A model generated the notes under the pieces. It had not been told where the DNA came from. It did no database searches and saw nothing but the letters and a program-made list of their open reading frames with translations. Below, piece after piece: positions 20,540-30,190 of a stretch of 64,000 bases of DNA (position 1 is its first letter; every line of letters starts with the position of its first letter). Made by a program: the position numbers and the translations under genes. The DNA comes from an uncultured delta proteobacterium (lineage in GTDB: Bacteria; Myxococcota_A; UBA9160; UBA4427). Where the stretch lies: contig CAWGJT010000010.1 in NCBI GenBank assembly GCA_963822965.1, forward strand, positions 1 to 64,000. Reading direction: 5' to 3'.

Positions 20540-21907
20540 TTGAGCTCCGGACCGCGGCGCAACGATCCGTGCCCCTGCGGCAGCGGGCGCAAGTACAAGC
20601 ACTGCTGCCAGGCGCGCGACGACGCCCAGGCTCATTCGCGCGCCCGGGCCGACCGCCTGCGGAACCTCGACGGGGAGGTGACGCGCGAGGTCGCCTCCTT
20701 CGCAGCCGATCGCTTCGGCGAGGCGTGGGACGCGGGGGTCTTCGAAGCCTTCGACTCTCCGGACGAGACGCTGCCGCTCGCGGTTCCGTATGGGGCCTAT
20801 CACGTGCCCTGCGAGGGCCGGCCCGCGGCCGAGTGGTTCCTGGACGAGTACGGGACCCGCCTCTCGCAGGACGAGATCGCTTGTCTTCGTGCCGAGCGGG
20901 ACGCCTGGCTCTCGTTGTGGGTGGTGGTGGAGAGCCGGCCTGGCGAAGGGCTGACCCTACGCGATCGCCTGTCGGGCGAGCTGAAGGTCGTGCGCGAGCG
21001 GCTGGGCTCGCGGGCGCTGCTGCGGGGGGCCACGATTCTGGCCCGGGTGGTCGAGATCGAGGGCACCGGCGCGATCAACGGGCTCTACCCCCGTTCGCTC
21101 GACCCGATCTCCGCCGCCGAGGTCGAACGCCGCGTCCGGGGCTACCTGCGGCGCAAGCGCGACGTGCCGGTCGAGCGACTGCGGAAGCCGAAGGTGTGCC
21201 GCTACCTCGTCCGCAGCTTCGAGGACGAGATCTTCGAACGCGAGTACGCTGAGCTGCAGCTGTCCAACAACGATGGCGATCCGATTCTCTTCACGACCGA
21301 CCGCTTCGACATGGCCGACGGCGCCGAGGCCGAGGTGGCGGCGCGTCTCGGCGCCCTGGACGGCGTCGAGGGGCCGGAGCCTGGCGAGGGCGACGGGGGG
21401 TATCTGGTGCTCGGGGACGAGTCGGTCCTCGTCGGCCAGATCTACCTGGCGGGCCGCTCGCTCCGCGTCGAGACGAACTCGCGCGAGCGCGCCGACGAGC
21501 TCCGGCGGCGCGTCGAGCAGGCATGCGCTGGGCTCGTCGAGCATCGAGCGCGCGTCCACACCGATCCACTCTCGGCGGCCGCAGCGGACGCTCGCGCCGA
21601 AGCCGAAGCTGAAGAAGGAGTCGAAGGAGGAGCCGAAGGAGGAGCCGAAGAAGAAGCCGATGCCGGGCGCGAGCCGCCCGAGGCGCGCGAGTTCGCACGC
21701 GCATGGAAGGAGCGGCACTACGCCGAGTGGCTGGATGTCCCGCTGCCGGCCCTCGATGGGCAGACGCCGCGCGAAGCGGTCGCCACGAAGGCGGGACGAG
21801 AGCGCGTCGCCGTCCTCGTCGATCAGATCGAGTACGGCGAGCAGCGCCTCCACCCGGACGAGCGCTTCGACGCGTCGGCCCTGCGGCGGGATCTCGGGCT
21901 CGAGTGA
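20540..21907 (+). CDS. SEC-C motif protein with C-terminal Xre/MbcA/ParS-like domain
   Basis: RNDPCPCGSGRKYKHCC; C-terminal WLDVPLPALDGQTPREAV. GAGGAGG RBS before TTG. Confidence 0.8.
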   Translation: MSSGPRRNDPCPCGSGRKYKHCCQARDDAQAHSRARADRLRNLDGEVTREVASFAADRFGEAWDAGVFEAFDSPDETLPLAVPYGAYHVPCEGRPAAEWFLDEYGTRLSQDEIACLRAERDAWLSLWVVVESRPGEGLTLRDRLSGELKVVRERLGSRALLRGATILARVVEIEGTGAINGLYPRSLDPISAAEVERRVRGYLRRKRDVPVERLRKPKVCRYLVRSFEDEIFEREYAELQLSNNDGDPILFTTDRFDMADGAEAEVAARLGALDGVEGPEPGEGDGGYLVLGDESVLVGQIYLAGRSLRVETNSRERADELRRRVEQACAGLVEHRARVHTDPLSAAAADARAEAEAEEGVEGGAEGGAEEEADAGREPPEAREFARAWKERHYAEWLDVPLPALDGQTPREAVATKAGRERVAVLVDQIEYGEQRLHPDERFDASALRRDLGLE

Positions 21908-22067
21908 CGGTGTCGCCGGCTTGCGGAAGGGGACGCGCGCTCCTTCGGAGCGGCGCCTGACACACGCGATCGGGCAGGCGCATGAGCGCGCTCGTCACCG
22001 TGCTGTAGACCAGCAGCTGACCCCGCCGCAACGACCAGGTAGACGCGTTGCGAGGGGTCGTCGCCGG

Positions 22068-22096
22068 TTGACTTTCGCTTTATGTTCGCCTACAGT
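22068..22096 (+). promoter_or_regulatory. Sigma70-like promoter of HNH copy 1
   Basis: TTGACT, 17-nt spacer, TACAGT. Conserved upstream of copy 2. Confidence 0.65.
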
Positions 22097-22134
22097 CAGG
22101 CTCGCCCCACGGTCCCGGTGCGGGTCTTTCGATC

Positions 22135-24123
22135 GTGTCGATCGTGTCGAACAGGTCGAGTACGCCGAACAGGTCGAATGGGCCGAACAGCTCGATCGAG
22201 TCGAGCGCGTCGATGGATTCGACCTCTGCGTCCTGGCGCGAGTGGCGGGGATGGCGCGAACCGCGGGGGTCGCGCCATTCGCAGGATCGCCCGGAGTCGT
22301 GCGACAGGCGCGAGCCGCGCGAGCCGCGCGAGTGGCGGGCGTCGCGGGACTGGCGCGAGTCGTGCGAGTCGCGCGAGAGAGAGGCCGACTTTCCCGAGCG
22401 GGCGCTGGCGCGGCTGGCGGCCTCGGTGGGTCCCCTGCGGCGGGTGATGGCCGCGGTGGCGGCGCGGCTGGTCGACACCCGCGCCCATGACCGGCTGCTG
22501 TTCGCGCGGCTCTCGGACTACGCGCGCGAGCAGGCGGGCATCTCGACGCGACAGCTGCAGGAGCTCTGTCGGGTGCACCGGGCGCTGGCGGGGCTGCCTG
22601 CCCTCGAGCGCGCGCTCGTCTCGAACGCGCTGCCCTGGAGCAAGGTGCGCCTGGTGGCCCGGGTGGCGGCGGCGGACGACGAGGAGGAGTGGATCACCCG
22701 GGCGCGGGCGCTGTCCACGCGGGAGCTCGAGCGGCAGGTGTGTGCGCATGCGCGGGCCGCCGGCCAGGGCGTGCCCGACGATGCAGACGAGCCGCGTCGG
22801 CGCGTCTCCCTGCGCTGCTCGCTGGCGCTGCAGCAGAAGTGGCTCGCGGTGCGCGAGCTGGCCGAGCGCGTGGCGGGGGCGCGGCTGTCCGCGGGCGACG
22901 TGCTCGAGATGGTGGTCGCCGAGGCGTTCTCGGCCTTCGGGGTGGAAGGGTCGTACAGGGTCTCGTGTGAGGAGGCATCGTGTAGAGAGACGACCGGCGC
23001 CTCGCTCGGCGATCGGTGCGAGCTCGCGGCGGATGCGTGGGCCGACTCGCGGCCCGGACCCCGCGCCCCGGGCCGGGGGATCCCGGAAGAGGTGCTCGCG
23101 CTGGCCCGGGGCCTCGAGCAGGCGAACGCCCACGAGCTCGACCGAAGGCTGCGGCGCGCCATTCAGCTCGAGCAGACCCTCGACGCCGCCATGGGGCCGC
23201 TGCTGCGGGTGGTGGCGTGCGCGCGGTATGACTGGGACGTTGATCCCCGGCCGCTGTCGGCCTATGCGCGCGAAGAGCTGGGGATGTCGGCCCGCAAGGC
23301 GCGGGTGCTCCTGCGGCTGGAGCGGGTGGGCGACGCGTGTCCCACCCTGCGCGAGGCCTACCGCGACGGGCGGATCTCGTGGGTGAAGGCGCAGTGTCTG
23401 CTGCCGCTGTTCGTAATCGACCTGCCCGGGGAGTGGCGTCCGGTGTGGGTGGCGTGGGCCGAGAGGGTGACGGTGCGGCGGCTGGCGGCCGACGTCGAGC
23501 AGGCGCTGCTGCTGCGCGCGGGGACCGAGTTCGCCTGGCGGCGCTGCCAGTTCCACCCCGAGCGGGTACAGGACCCGATCCCCGCGGACGAGGCGGAGCG
23601 GGAGCGGCAGGTGTGTGCGCCTCCGATCGACCTGGAGGCGGCCCAGGAGCTCGCCTTTCGGGTGCCGGTGGACGTGGCGCTGCTGTTCCTGGGGGTGTGC
23701 CAGGCCGTCCGCGCCCGGCTGCGGGTGGAGAGCGGCGCGACGAGCCGGTCCCCCTTCGACAGCGAGGTGTTCGAGGCGCTGCTCGACCACGCGCTCGCGG
23801 TCTGGAGCCAGCGGGCGCCCGGGTCTCCGCGGCCCGACCCGGTGATCGAGCGGGACGGCTACCGCTGCCTGGTGCCGGGCTGCACCTCGAGACGGAACCT
23901 GCACGATCACCACGTGGTGTTCCGGTCGGCGGGCGGGACGGACGCGCTGGACAACCGCGTGACGCTGTGCGCGTATCACCACCAGCGGGGCGTGCACGCC
24001 GGACGCATGCGAGTGCGAGGCCGCGCACCCGACGAGCTCGAGTTCGAGCTGCCGACGGGGCGCTACAGGTCGGGGGACGTGCGCCTGCCGGGAGAGCCGG
24101 CGGGGGTGCCCTGGGCTGCCTGA
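22135..24123 (+). CDS. DUF222-like/HNH endonuclease, copy 1 (start uncertain)
   Basis: C-terminal RDGYRCLVPGCTSRRNLHDHHVVFRSAGGTDALDNRVTLCAYHH. Helical YAREELGMS..LREAYRDGRISW repeats. Confidence 0.8.
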   Translation: MSIVSNRSSTPNRSNGPNSSIESSASMDSTSASWREWRGWREPRGSRHSQDRPESCDRREPREPREWRASRDWRESCESREREADFPERALARLAASVGPLRRVMAAVAARLVDTRAHDRLLFARLSDYAREQAGISTRQLQELCRVHRALAGLPALERALVSNALPWSKVRLVARVAAADDEEEWITRARALSTRELERQVCAHARAAGQGVPDDADEPRRRVSLRCSLALQQKWLAVRELAERVAGARLSAGDVLEMVVAEAFSAFGVEGSYRVSCEEASCRETTGASLGDRCELAADAWADSRPGPRAPGRGIPEEVLALARGLEQANAHELDRRLRRAIQLEQTLDAAMGPLLRVVACARYDWDVDPRPLSAYAREELGMSARKARVLLRLERVGDACPTLREAYRDGRISWVKAQCLLPLFVIDLPGEWRPVWVAWAERVTVRRLAADVEQALLLRAGTEFAWRRCQFHPERVQDPIPADEAERERQVCAPPIDLEAAQELAFRVPVDVALLFLGVCQAVRARLRVESGATSRSPFDSEVFEALLDHALAVWSQRAPGSPRPDPVIERDGYRCLVPGCTSRRNLHDHHVVFRSAGGTDALDNRVTLCAYHHQRGVHAGRMRVRGRAPDELEFELPTGRYRSGDVRLPGEPAGVPWAA

Positions 24124-24179
24124 GAGGGGCTGCGTAAGAGGGCCGGCCCGAATCGCGAAGAGGGCCGGCCTGAAGGCCC

Positions 24180-24815
24180 TCAACCTTCCCCGACGAACTC
24201 CCGGAGCGCCTTGCGCCCGCCCCCGATCCAGGGCTCGCCGTGGGCGAGCAGCAGGTGGTCGAACGTCTCGTCCTCGTCGAGGATGCGCCGGTAGGCCGCC
24301 TTCAACCCGAGCTTCACGGCCTCCGGGTCGTCCCCCAGCAGGAAGTCGGGCACGAACACCAGCGGCCCGTCCCCGTCGCGCACTACACCGTCGGCGATGG
24401 CGAGGGCGGGCTGCGGGCCCGGCACCGTGAACGCCGTCTCGTCGGGACACAGGGCGCCTACGGCATGGCTCTGGATGCCGCCTTCCAGCATGGCTCCGGC
24501 TTCGAAGCCGTGCGGCTCGAGGTCCTGGATCTCGCCGCCCGTGCCGAAGTGGTGGAGTCCCTCGCGGTTGGTCCACACCTGGCAGCCGAAGGCTTCGACG
24601 AACTGCTTCGTGTGGCGCGAGTGCAGACGGTTCGTCAGAAGAACCCGCTTCGGCGGTGCGCCCCGCTTCGCGAACCAGTCGAGCCCCTCCTCGGGCACCA
24701 GCGGATCGAGGAGGGTGCTCGCTGGCTCGATGTAGTACGAGCTGACGGCGATGTGGATCGCCGGGTGGACGGTGGTCCAGTGAACCACACCGGGAAGGAT
24801 CTCGCGGATGGACAT
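24180..24815 (-). CDS. Metallo-beta-lactamase-fold protein
   Basis: LLDPL..VLLTNRLHSRH..ALAIADG..LLLAHGEP. GGAGG RBS. Confidence 0.7.
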   Translation of the reverse strand: MSIREILPGVVHWTTVHPAIHIAVSSYYIEPASTLLDPLVPEEGLDWFAKRGAPPKRVLLTNRLHSRHTKQFVEAFGCQVWTNREGLHHFGTGGEIQDLEPHGFEAGAMLEGGIQSHAVGALCPDETAFTVPGPQPALAIADGVVRDGDGPLVFVPDFLLGDDPEAVKLGLKAAYRRILDEDETFDHLLLAHGEPWIGGGRKALREFVGEG

Positions 24816-24829
24816 GGCCTGCCCTCCCT

Positions 24830-25693
24830 TCAGATCTTCGCGAGAACCGTCTTCCCCAGCTCGTCCAGCGCCTCGATCGGGTTGCCGCCGCCGAGCCCCG
24901 GCAACGGGATGATGAGCCGCGACACGCCGGCGTCCTCGTAGGCGCGCAGGCCGTCCAGGCCGCTCTGGGCGGGGATCCACATGGCGGAGATCTCGACGCT
25001 CGCCGGGTCTCGGCCCTCGGCCGCGCACGCCTCTTCCAGCGGCTTCAGCAGGGGCTTCAGCTGGTCGGCGGCCATGGTCGGGGCGAACCAGCCCTCGCCG
25101 TACTTGGCGATGCGTTGGAAGGCCTTGCCCTTCGAGCCGCCGATCACCACGGGCAGGGGCTTCTGGATGGGCACGGGGTAGCTCTTCCAACCGGTCCAGT
25201 GCAGGTGCTCGCTCTCGTGCTCGACGACCTCGCCCGTCCACACCTTTCGCATGGCGGCCACGTACTCGTCGAAGCGGGCGCCGCGCTTCTCGAAGGGGGT
25301 TCCCATGGCGTCGAACTCCTCGCGGAGCCAGCCGATGCCGACGCCCAGCATGAAGCGGCCGCCCGAAACGAAGTCGAGGCTCGCGGCCTGCTTGGCGAGC
25401 AGCAGGGGGTTGGTCTGGGGCAGGATGTTGACGCCGGTGCCGAGCCGCACGCGTTTCGTCTCGGCGGCCACTGCGCTCAGGGCGATCAGCGGGTCGACGA
25501 AGTTCGTCTCGGGGGTGACGCCCATCTTGCCGTCGGCGCTGTAGGGGTAGCGGGACGAGTAGTCGACCGGGACGACCGCGTGCTCGAAGGTCCAGACCGA
25601 TTCGAGTCCCACCTCCTCGGCCTTGTGGGCGAGGGCGATCATGAATTCGACGTTCGGGGCGCCGACGTTGACGGGAATGAGTCCGATCTTCAT
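24830..25693 (-). CDS. LLM-class (F420-dependent-type) oxidoreductase
   Basis: SVWTFEH..DPLIALSAVAAETKRVRLGTGV..LAKQAASLDFVSGGRFMLGVGIGWLREEF. GAGGAG RBS. Confidence 0.92.
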   Translation of the reverse strand: MKIGLIPVNVGAPNVEFMIALAHKAEEVGLESVWTFEHAVVPVDYSSRYPYSADGKMGVTPETNFVDPLIALSAVAAETKRVRLGTGVNILPQTNPLLLAKQAASLDFVSGGRFMLGVGIGWLREEFDAMGTPFEKRGARFDEYVAAMRKVWTGEVVEHESEHLHWTGWKSYPVPIQKPLPVVIGGSKGKAFQRIAKYGEGWFAPTMAADQLKPLLKPLEEACAAEGRDPASVEISAMWIPAQSGLDGLRAYEDAGVSRLIIPLPGLGGGNPIEALDELGKTVLAKI

Positions 25694-26062
25694 GGGGGGC
25701 TCCTCGTGGGGTAGTCGGTCGGGGTGCCGGGCGGGCCGGGCCTTGCAGGGCGGGCCGGGACTTGCAGGGCCGGTAGAGGCTCGCACACCCGCGGCGGCCG
25801 CGCCGGCAGCGGGTAGGCAGCGGCTCTCCACCCGCGCGCAGCGCGTGCGCGGGACTGGCTCATTTCGCGAAGATTCGTGAGGTCGGTCACGAAATGGGCT
25901 GAAGTTTCGGGATTTCGCGCCGATGAGATTATCGGGGAGGGGACGCAGCAGTGCTGCGTCCTCTTTCTGCGTTTTGGTTCTGCGTTTTGGGCAATGGAGT
26001 GGTTCTGGGGGGATGAGTCGGGCCGCGGCCTCGAGGCCGCGAAGCCCGCGGAGCTTGCTGAG

Positions 26063-26416
26063 ATGGGAAGTGGCGAGATCGTCCTGGAGCGTCGCAAGAC
26101 CTACCGGCTGCCCGTGCGGGTCCCCGTCTTCGCCGATGGGTTCGGTATCGATTCCTCGACGGTGACGGTGAACCTGACGGCCGGCGGCATGTACGTCGAG
26201 ACGCGAGAGAGTCCGCCACTGCAGGCTTCGCTCGAGCTCTCGCTCTGCCTGCCCGGCGACGAGGCGCCGCTCGAGCTGACGGGCCGCGTCGTTCGCAACG
26301 GCGACGATCCGAAGGAGCCGACCGGCGTCGGCATCGAGTTCATCGCCGTCGACCGCCGGGCCCACGACCGCCTGAAGAGGTTCGTGGCCGAGTCGGAGCC
26401 CACCTTCGCCCCGTAA
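26063..26416 (+). CDS. PilZ-domain protein
   Basis: ERRKTYR (RxxxR), NLTAGGM, GRVVR and GVGIEF. Confidence 0.85.
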   Translation: MGSGEIVLERRKTYRLPVRVPVFADGFGIDSSTVTVNLTAGGMYVETRESPPLQASLELSLCLPGDEAPLELTGRVVRNGDDPKEPTGVGIEFIAVDRRAHDRLKRFVAESEPTFAP

Positions 26417-26563
26417 CCGGCGCCTGTCGCGTCGCCATGTCCGAACCGACGGCGCTCCGCGCGTCGCGCATCTGGACTGCAACTGGCGAGCGTCCGCATC
26501 CATCCCCCCAGATGAGCAGGTCGGCGACGATCCGAGAGCTGCCTGCCGCGCGCATGGATCTCG

Positions 26564-26635
26564 CAGCGGGCCTTCCTCGTGCAGCGAGCCTTCCTCCTAC
26601 AGCGGGCCTTCCTCCTACAGCGGGGCTTCCTCCTG
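26564..26635. repeat. 18-bp tandem repeat x4 (CAGCGGGCCTTCCTCCTA)
   Basis: Read directly from the sequence; slightly degenerate. Confidence 0.85.
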
Positions 26636-26758
26636 GCGGAGCGCGGCGCGACGGCCGGTGACACCGATTGGTGATTGAAGCGGTCGGGCCTGCTGGGACG
26701 AGCGGATACAGTCGAGGATGAGGAGGCGCGAAGGCCTGGTCGGCGACGTTCGTCGAGG

Positions 26759-26787
26759 TTGACTTTCGCTCTACATTCGCCTACCGT
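26759..26787 (+). promoter_or_regulatory. Sigma70-like promoter of HNH copy 2
   Basis: TTGACT, 17-nt spacer, TACCGT. Homologous to 22068-22096. Confidence 0.6.
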
Positions 26788-26831
26788 GAGCGCTCACCCC
26801 ACGGTCCCGGGCTTCGGACGAGTCTTCGATC

Positions 26832-28460
26832 GTGTTCGAGTCTTCGAGCTCTGCATCCTGGCGCGCGCGGGCGGTGGACAGCGCGCAGGAGACCTTGGCG
26901 CGGCTGGCGGCGTCGGTGGGGCCGCTGCGACGGGTGATGGCCGCGGTGGCGGCGCGGCTGGTCGAGACGCGCGCCCACGATCGGCTGTGCTTCGCCCGGC
27001 TCTCCGACTACGCGCGCGAGCAGGCGGGCATCTCGTCGCGACAGCTGCAGGAGCTGGCCCGGGTGCACCGGGCGCTGGCGGGGCTGCCCGGGCTCGAGCA
27101 GGTGGCGGGCAGTCGGCTTGCGGCGGGCGACGTCCTGGAGATGGTGGTCGCGGAGGCGTTCTCGGCCTTCGGGCTGGACGTGTCGTGCGAGGCTTCATGT
27201 GGGTCGTGCGAGGCTTCATGTGGGTCGTGCGAGGCTTCATGTGGGTCGTGCGAGGCTTCATGTGGGTCGTGCGAGGCTTCATGTGGAGAGACGCCTGGCC
27301 CGTCGTACCGTGAGCGGCGCGAGCCGTCGGCGCACGAGTGCGACGACTCCCGGGCGGGTCCCCGCGTCCCGGGCCTTGGCAGTCCGGAGGCGATTCCGCA
27401 GTCCATGCCACGGTCCATTCCACAAGAGGTGCTCGCGCTGGTGCGGGGCCTCGAGGAGGCGAATGCCCACGAGCTCGATCGAAGGCTGCGGCGGGGCATC
27501 CGGCTCGAGCAGACCCTGGACGCCGCCATGGCGCCGCTGCTGCGGGTGGTGACGAGCGCGGGCTATGTGTGGGACGGCGACTACCGGTCGCTCTCCGCCT
27601 ATGCGCGCGACGAGCTGGGGATGTCGGCCCGCAAGGCCCGGGCGCTGCTGCGGGTGGAGCGGGTGGGCGACGCGTGTCCAGCCCTGCGTGAGGCGTACCG
27701 CGACGGTCGGCTCTCGTGGGTGAAGGCCCAGTGCCTGCTGCCACTGTTCCTGATCGACCTGCCCGGCGACTGGCGGCGGGTGTGGGTGGCGTGGGCCGAG
27801 CGGGTGACGGTGCGGCGCCTGGCGGCCGACGTGGAGCAGGCGCTGCTGCTGCGGGCGGGGACCGAGTTCGCCTGGCGGCGCTGCCAGTTCCACCCGGAGC
27901 GGGTGCAGGATCCGATCCCCGCGGACGAGGCGGAGCGGGAGCGGCAGGTGTGTGCGCCCCCGATCGACCTCGAGGCGACCCAGGAGCTCGGCTTTCGGGT
28001 ACCGGTGGACGTGGCGCTGCTGTTCGCGGGGGTGTGCCAGGTCGTCCGCGCCCGGCTGCGCGGGCAGAGCGGCCCGCAGAGCCGGCCACCCTTCGACGCC
28101 GAGGTGTTCGAGGCGCTGCTCGACCACGCGCGCGCGGTCTGGAGCCAGCGGGCGCCGGGGTCTCCGCGGCCGGACCCGGTGATCGAGCGGGACGGCTACC
28201 GCTGCGCGGTGCCGGGCTGCACGTCGCGGCGCAACCTGCACGACCACCACGTGGTGTTCCGGTCGGCGGGCGGGACGGACGCGCCCGACAACCGCGTGGC
28301 CCTGTGCGCGTACCACCACCAGCGGGGCGTGCACGCGGGGCGCATGCGGGTGCGGGGCAGGGCGCCGGACGGGCTCGAGTTCGAGCTGCCGACGGGGCGC
28401 TACGCGTCGGGGGACGTGCGGCTGCCCGAGGACCCGGCCTGCTCGAGGACGGCGGCGTGA
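26832..28460 (+). CDS. DUF222-like/HNH endonuclease, copy 2 (internal deletion relative to copy 1)
   Basis: Long near-identical stretches with 22135..24123 and the same HNH motif. Confidence 0.8.
   Translation: MFESSSSASWRARAVDSAQETLARLAASVGPLRRVMAAVAARLVETRAHDRLCFARLSDYAREQAGISSRQLQELARVHRALAGLPGLEQVAGSRLAAGDVLEMVVAEAFSAFGLDVSCEASCGSCEASCGSCEASCGSCEASCGSCEASCGETPGPSYRERREPSAHECDDSRAGPRVPGLGSPEAIPQSMPRSIPQEVLALVRGLEEANAHELDRRLRRGIRLEQTLDAAMAPLLRVVTSAGYVWDGDYRSLSAYARDELGMSARKARALLRVERVGDACPALREAYRDGRLSWVKAQCLLPLFLIDLPGDWRRVWVAWAERVTVRRLAADVEQALLLRAGTEFAWRRCQFHPERVQDPIPADEAERERQVCAPPIDLEATQELGFRVPVDVALLFAGVCQVVRARLRGQSGPQSRPPFDAEVFEALLDHARAVWSQRAPGSPRPDPVIERDGYRCAVPGCTSRRNLHDHHVVFRSAGGTDAPDNRVALCAYHHQRGVHAGRMRVRGRAPDGLEFELPTGRYASGDVRLPEDPACSRTAA
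27182..27286 (+). repeat. Perfect 21-bp coding tandem repeat x5 (SCEASCG)
   Basis: GTCGTGCGAGGCTTCATGTGG x5. Confidence 0.95.
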
Positions 28461-28600
28461 GGGCGGTCGCTCGGGAGCCGCCGCTCCTGGCGCCCGATCC
28501 GCCGCCCGAAGGCGTCTCCGGTGCGGAAGGGGGGGCCTTCACACGTGGCAAGAAGCTTGCGATCCTGGACCTCGAGCCCGCCGTTCCCCGGGGAGGATCC

Positions 28601-29371
28601 ATGAAAATCGCTGCAATCGTCGCCGGCATCGTGGTCGTCATCATCATCGGCGTCGCGATCCTCTTGATGCGCAACCTGGATTCCATCGTCGCGGACGCGA
28701 TCGAGACCTACGGGTCGCAGGCCACGGGCACCGCGGTCTCCGTGGATTCGGTCAAGATCGAGCTGCGCGAGGGTCGCGGCACGGTTCGCGGGCTCTCCGT
28801 GGCCAATCCCGAGGGCTTCGCGGAGCCGAACGCCCTGACCTGGGGCGAGGTGACGATCGACATCGATCCCGCGAGCGTCACGTCGCCGCCCTACGTGGTG
28901 GACGAGGTGCGGGTCGAGGCGCCGATCGCCAGCCTCGTGATCAACGAGCGCGGGGAGATGAATCTCCGCGAGATCCAGCAGCGACTCCAGCGCGGGCAGA
29001 AGGCCGGGAAGGAAGGTGGGCAGAAAGCTGGGCAGCAGGAAGAGGCCGGGTCGTCCGGGGAGTCGCCCCGCTTGAAGATCCGATCGTTCGCGTTCGAGCG
29101 CGGCGAGGTCCAGGTCCATACGGCCGAGGTCGGCGGCAAGGACGTCCGCGTAGACCTGCCGCCGCTCGTGCTGAAGAACCTCGGCGGTCGTGACGGCGCC
29201 ACGGCCACCGAGATCGGCCGGCAGATTCTGACCGCCTACACCGAGCAGATCCTGCGCACGGTGGCGAAGCGCGAGATCGGGAGCCGCGTCGAGGGAGCAA
29301 TCGACGAGCAGCTGGGCGAAGGGGCCGGGAAGGCCGCCACCGGACTGCTCGACCGGCTGCAGGGCCGCTGA
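28601..29371 (+). CDS. AsmA-like/DUF748 membrane-anchored protein
   Basis: GGAGG RBS, N-terminal TM, then GTAVSVDSVKI..GLSVANPEGF. Confidence 0.7.
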   Translation: MKIAAIVAGIVVVIIIGVAILLMRNLDSIVADAIETYGSQATGTAVSVDSVKIELREGRGTVRGLSVANPEGFAEPNALTWGEVTIDIDPASVTSPPYVVDEVRVEAPIASLVINERGEMNLREIQQRLQRGQKAGKEGGQKAGQQEEAGSSGESPRLKIRSFAFERGEVQVHTAEVGGKDVRVDLPPLVLKNLGGRDGATATEIGRQILTAYTEQILRTVAKREIGSRVEGAIDEQLGEGAGKAATGLLDRLQGR

Positions 29372-29383
29372 GCTCCCGGCGAT

Positions 29384-30028
29384 TCACGCCCCCCACTCGT
29401 CGAAGCTCGTGATCTCCTCGGGCGGCGGGCGGACGGCCAGCTTGAAGTCGGTCCCCTTCGTGTAGGCGACCGGCAGCAGGGCCACCTGCATCACGTCGTC
29501 AGGAACGTTCAGGAGCTTCGCGACGTCGGCCTCGAAGAAGAGGTGGATCGTCGTCAGCGCGGAGCCGAGGCCGCGGCTGCGCAGGGCGAGCTGGAAGCTC
29601 CAGATGGCCGGGAAGATCGAGCCGTAGGTTGCGGCGGCCATGCCGTTCGGCGCGCCGGCGGGAAGGCGGCCCTCCAGGCACGGGATCACCAGCGCCGGCA
29701 CCTCGCCCATGTGGTCGAGCAGCCAGCCCGCGGAGTCGTAGACGCGGTGGGTCTGGGCGTCTTCTTCGGGGACCTGGGCCTTGGCCTGGTCGATGAACTG
29801 CTTGCCGCGCGCGTAGATCTCGCCCAGGGCCTTTCTCTTCGCGGCGTCCTTCACGACGAGCCAGCGCCACTTCTGCGTGTTCGACGCGGTGGGCGCCTGC
29901 TGGGAAAGGCGGATGCAGTCGAGGAGGACGGCTCGCTCGACGGGCCGCTCGAGATCGAGACGGCGGCGCACGGCGCGCGTGGTGGAGAGCAGTCGGTCGG
30001 TTTCTGCGAGATCGAAGGGAGGCTTCAT
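29384..30028 (-). CDS. Nitroreductase family protein
   Basis: LLSTTRAVRRRLD..APTASNTQKWRW..SFQLALRSRGLGS. Confidence 0.92.
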   Translation of the reverse strand: MKPPFDLAETDRLLSTTRAVRRRLDLERPVERAVLLDCIRLSQQAPTASNTQKWRWLVVKDAAKRKALGEIYARGKQFIDQAKAQVPEEDAQTHRVYDSAGWLLDHMGEVPALVIPCLEGRLPAGAPNGMAAATYGSIFPAIWSFQLALRSRGLGSALTTIHLFFEADVAKLLNVPDDVMQVALLPVAYTKGTDFKLAVRPPPEEITSFDEWGA

Positions 30029-30035
30029 CGGTTCT

Positions 30036-30152
30036 CCTGCACTTGGGAAGGTTTCTCCTGCACTTGGGAAGGTTCTTCCTGCACTTGGGAAGGTTCTTCC
30101 TGCACTTGGGAAGGTTCTTCCTGCACTTGGGAAGGTTTTGCACTTGGGAAGG
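30036..30152. repeat. 21-bp intergenic tandem repeat, about 5.5 copies
   Basis: CCTGCACTTGGGAAGGTTCTT units; six copies of the core TGCACTTGGGAAGG. Confidence 0.95.
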
Positions 30153-30190
30153 GTTGAAAGGAAGGAGGGCGCGGGGCCGGGGACGGCCCG

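Noticed and set aside
22135..24123. Cas9/IscB-like RNA-guided nuclease
   Set aside because: Only an HNH motif is visible, with no RuvC motifs and no long conserved non-coding RNA region shared by the two copies.
22068..28460. Composite transposon bounded by the two HNH genes
   Set aside because: No transposase motif, terminal inverted repeats or target duplication seen, and the enclosed genes look like housekeeping genes.
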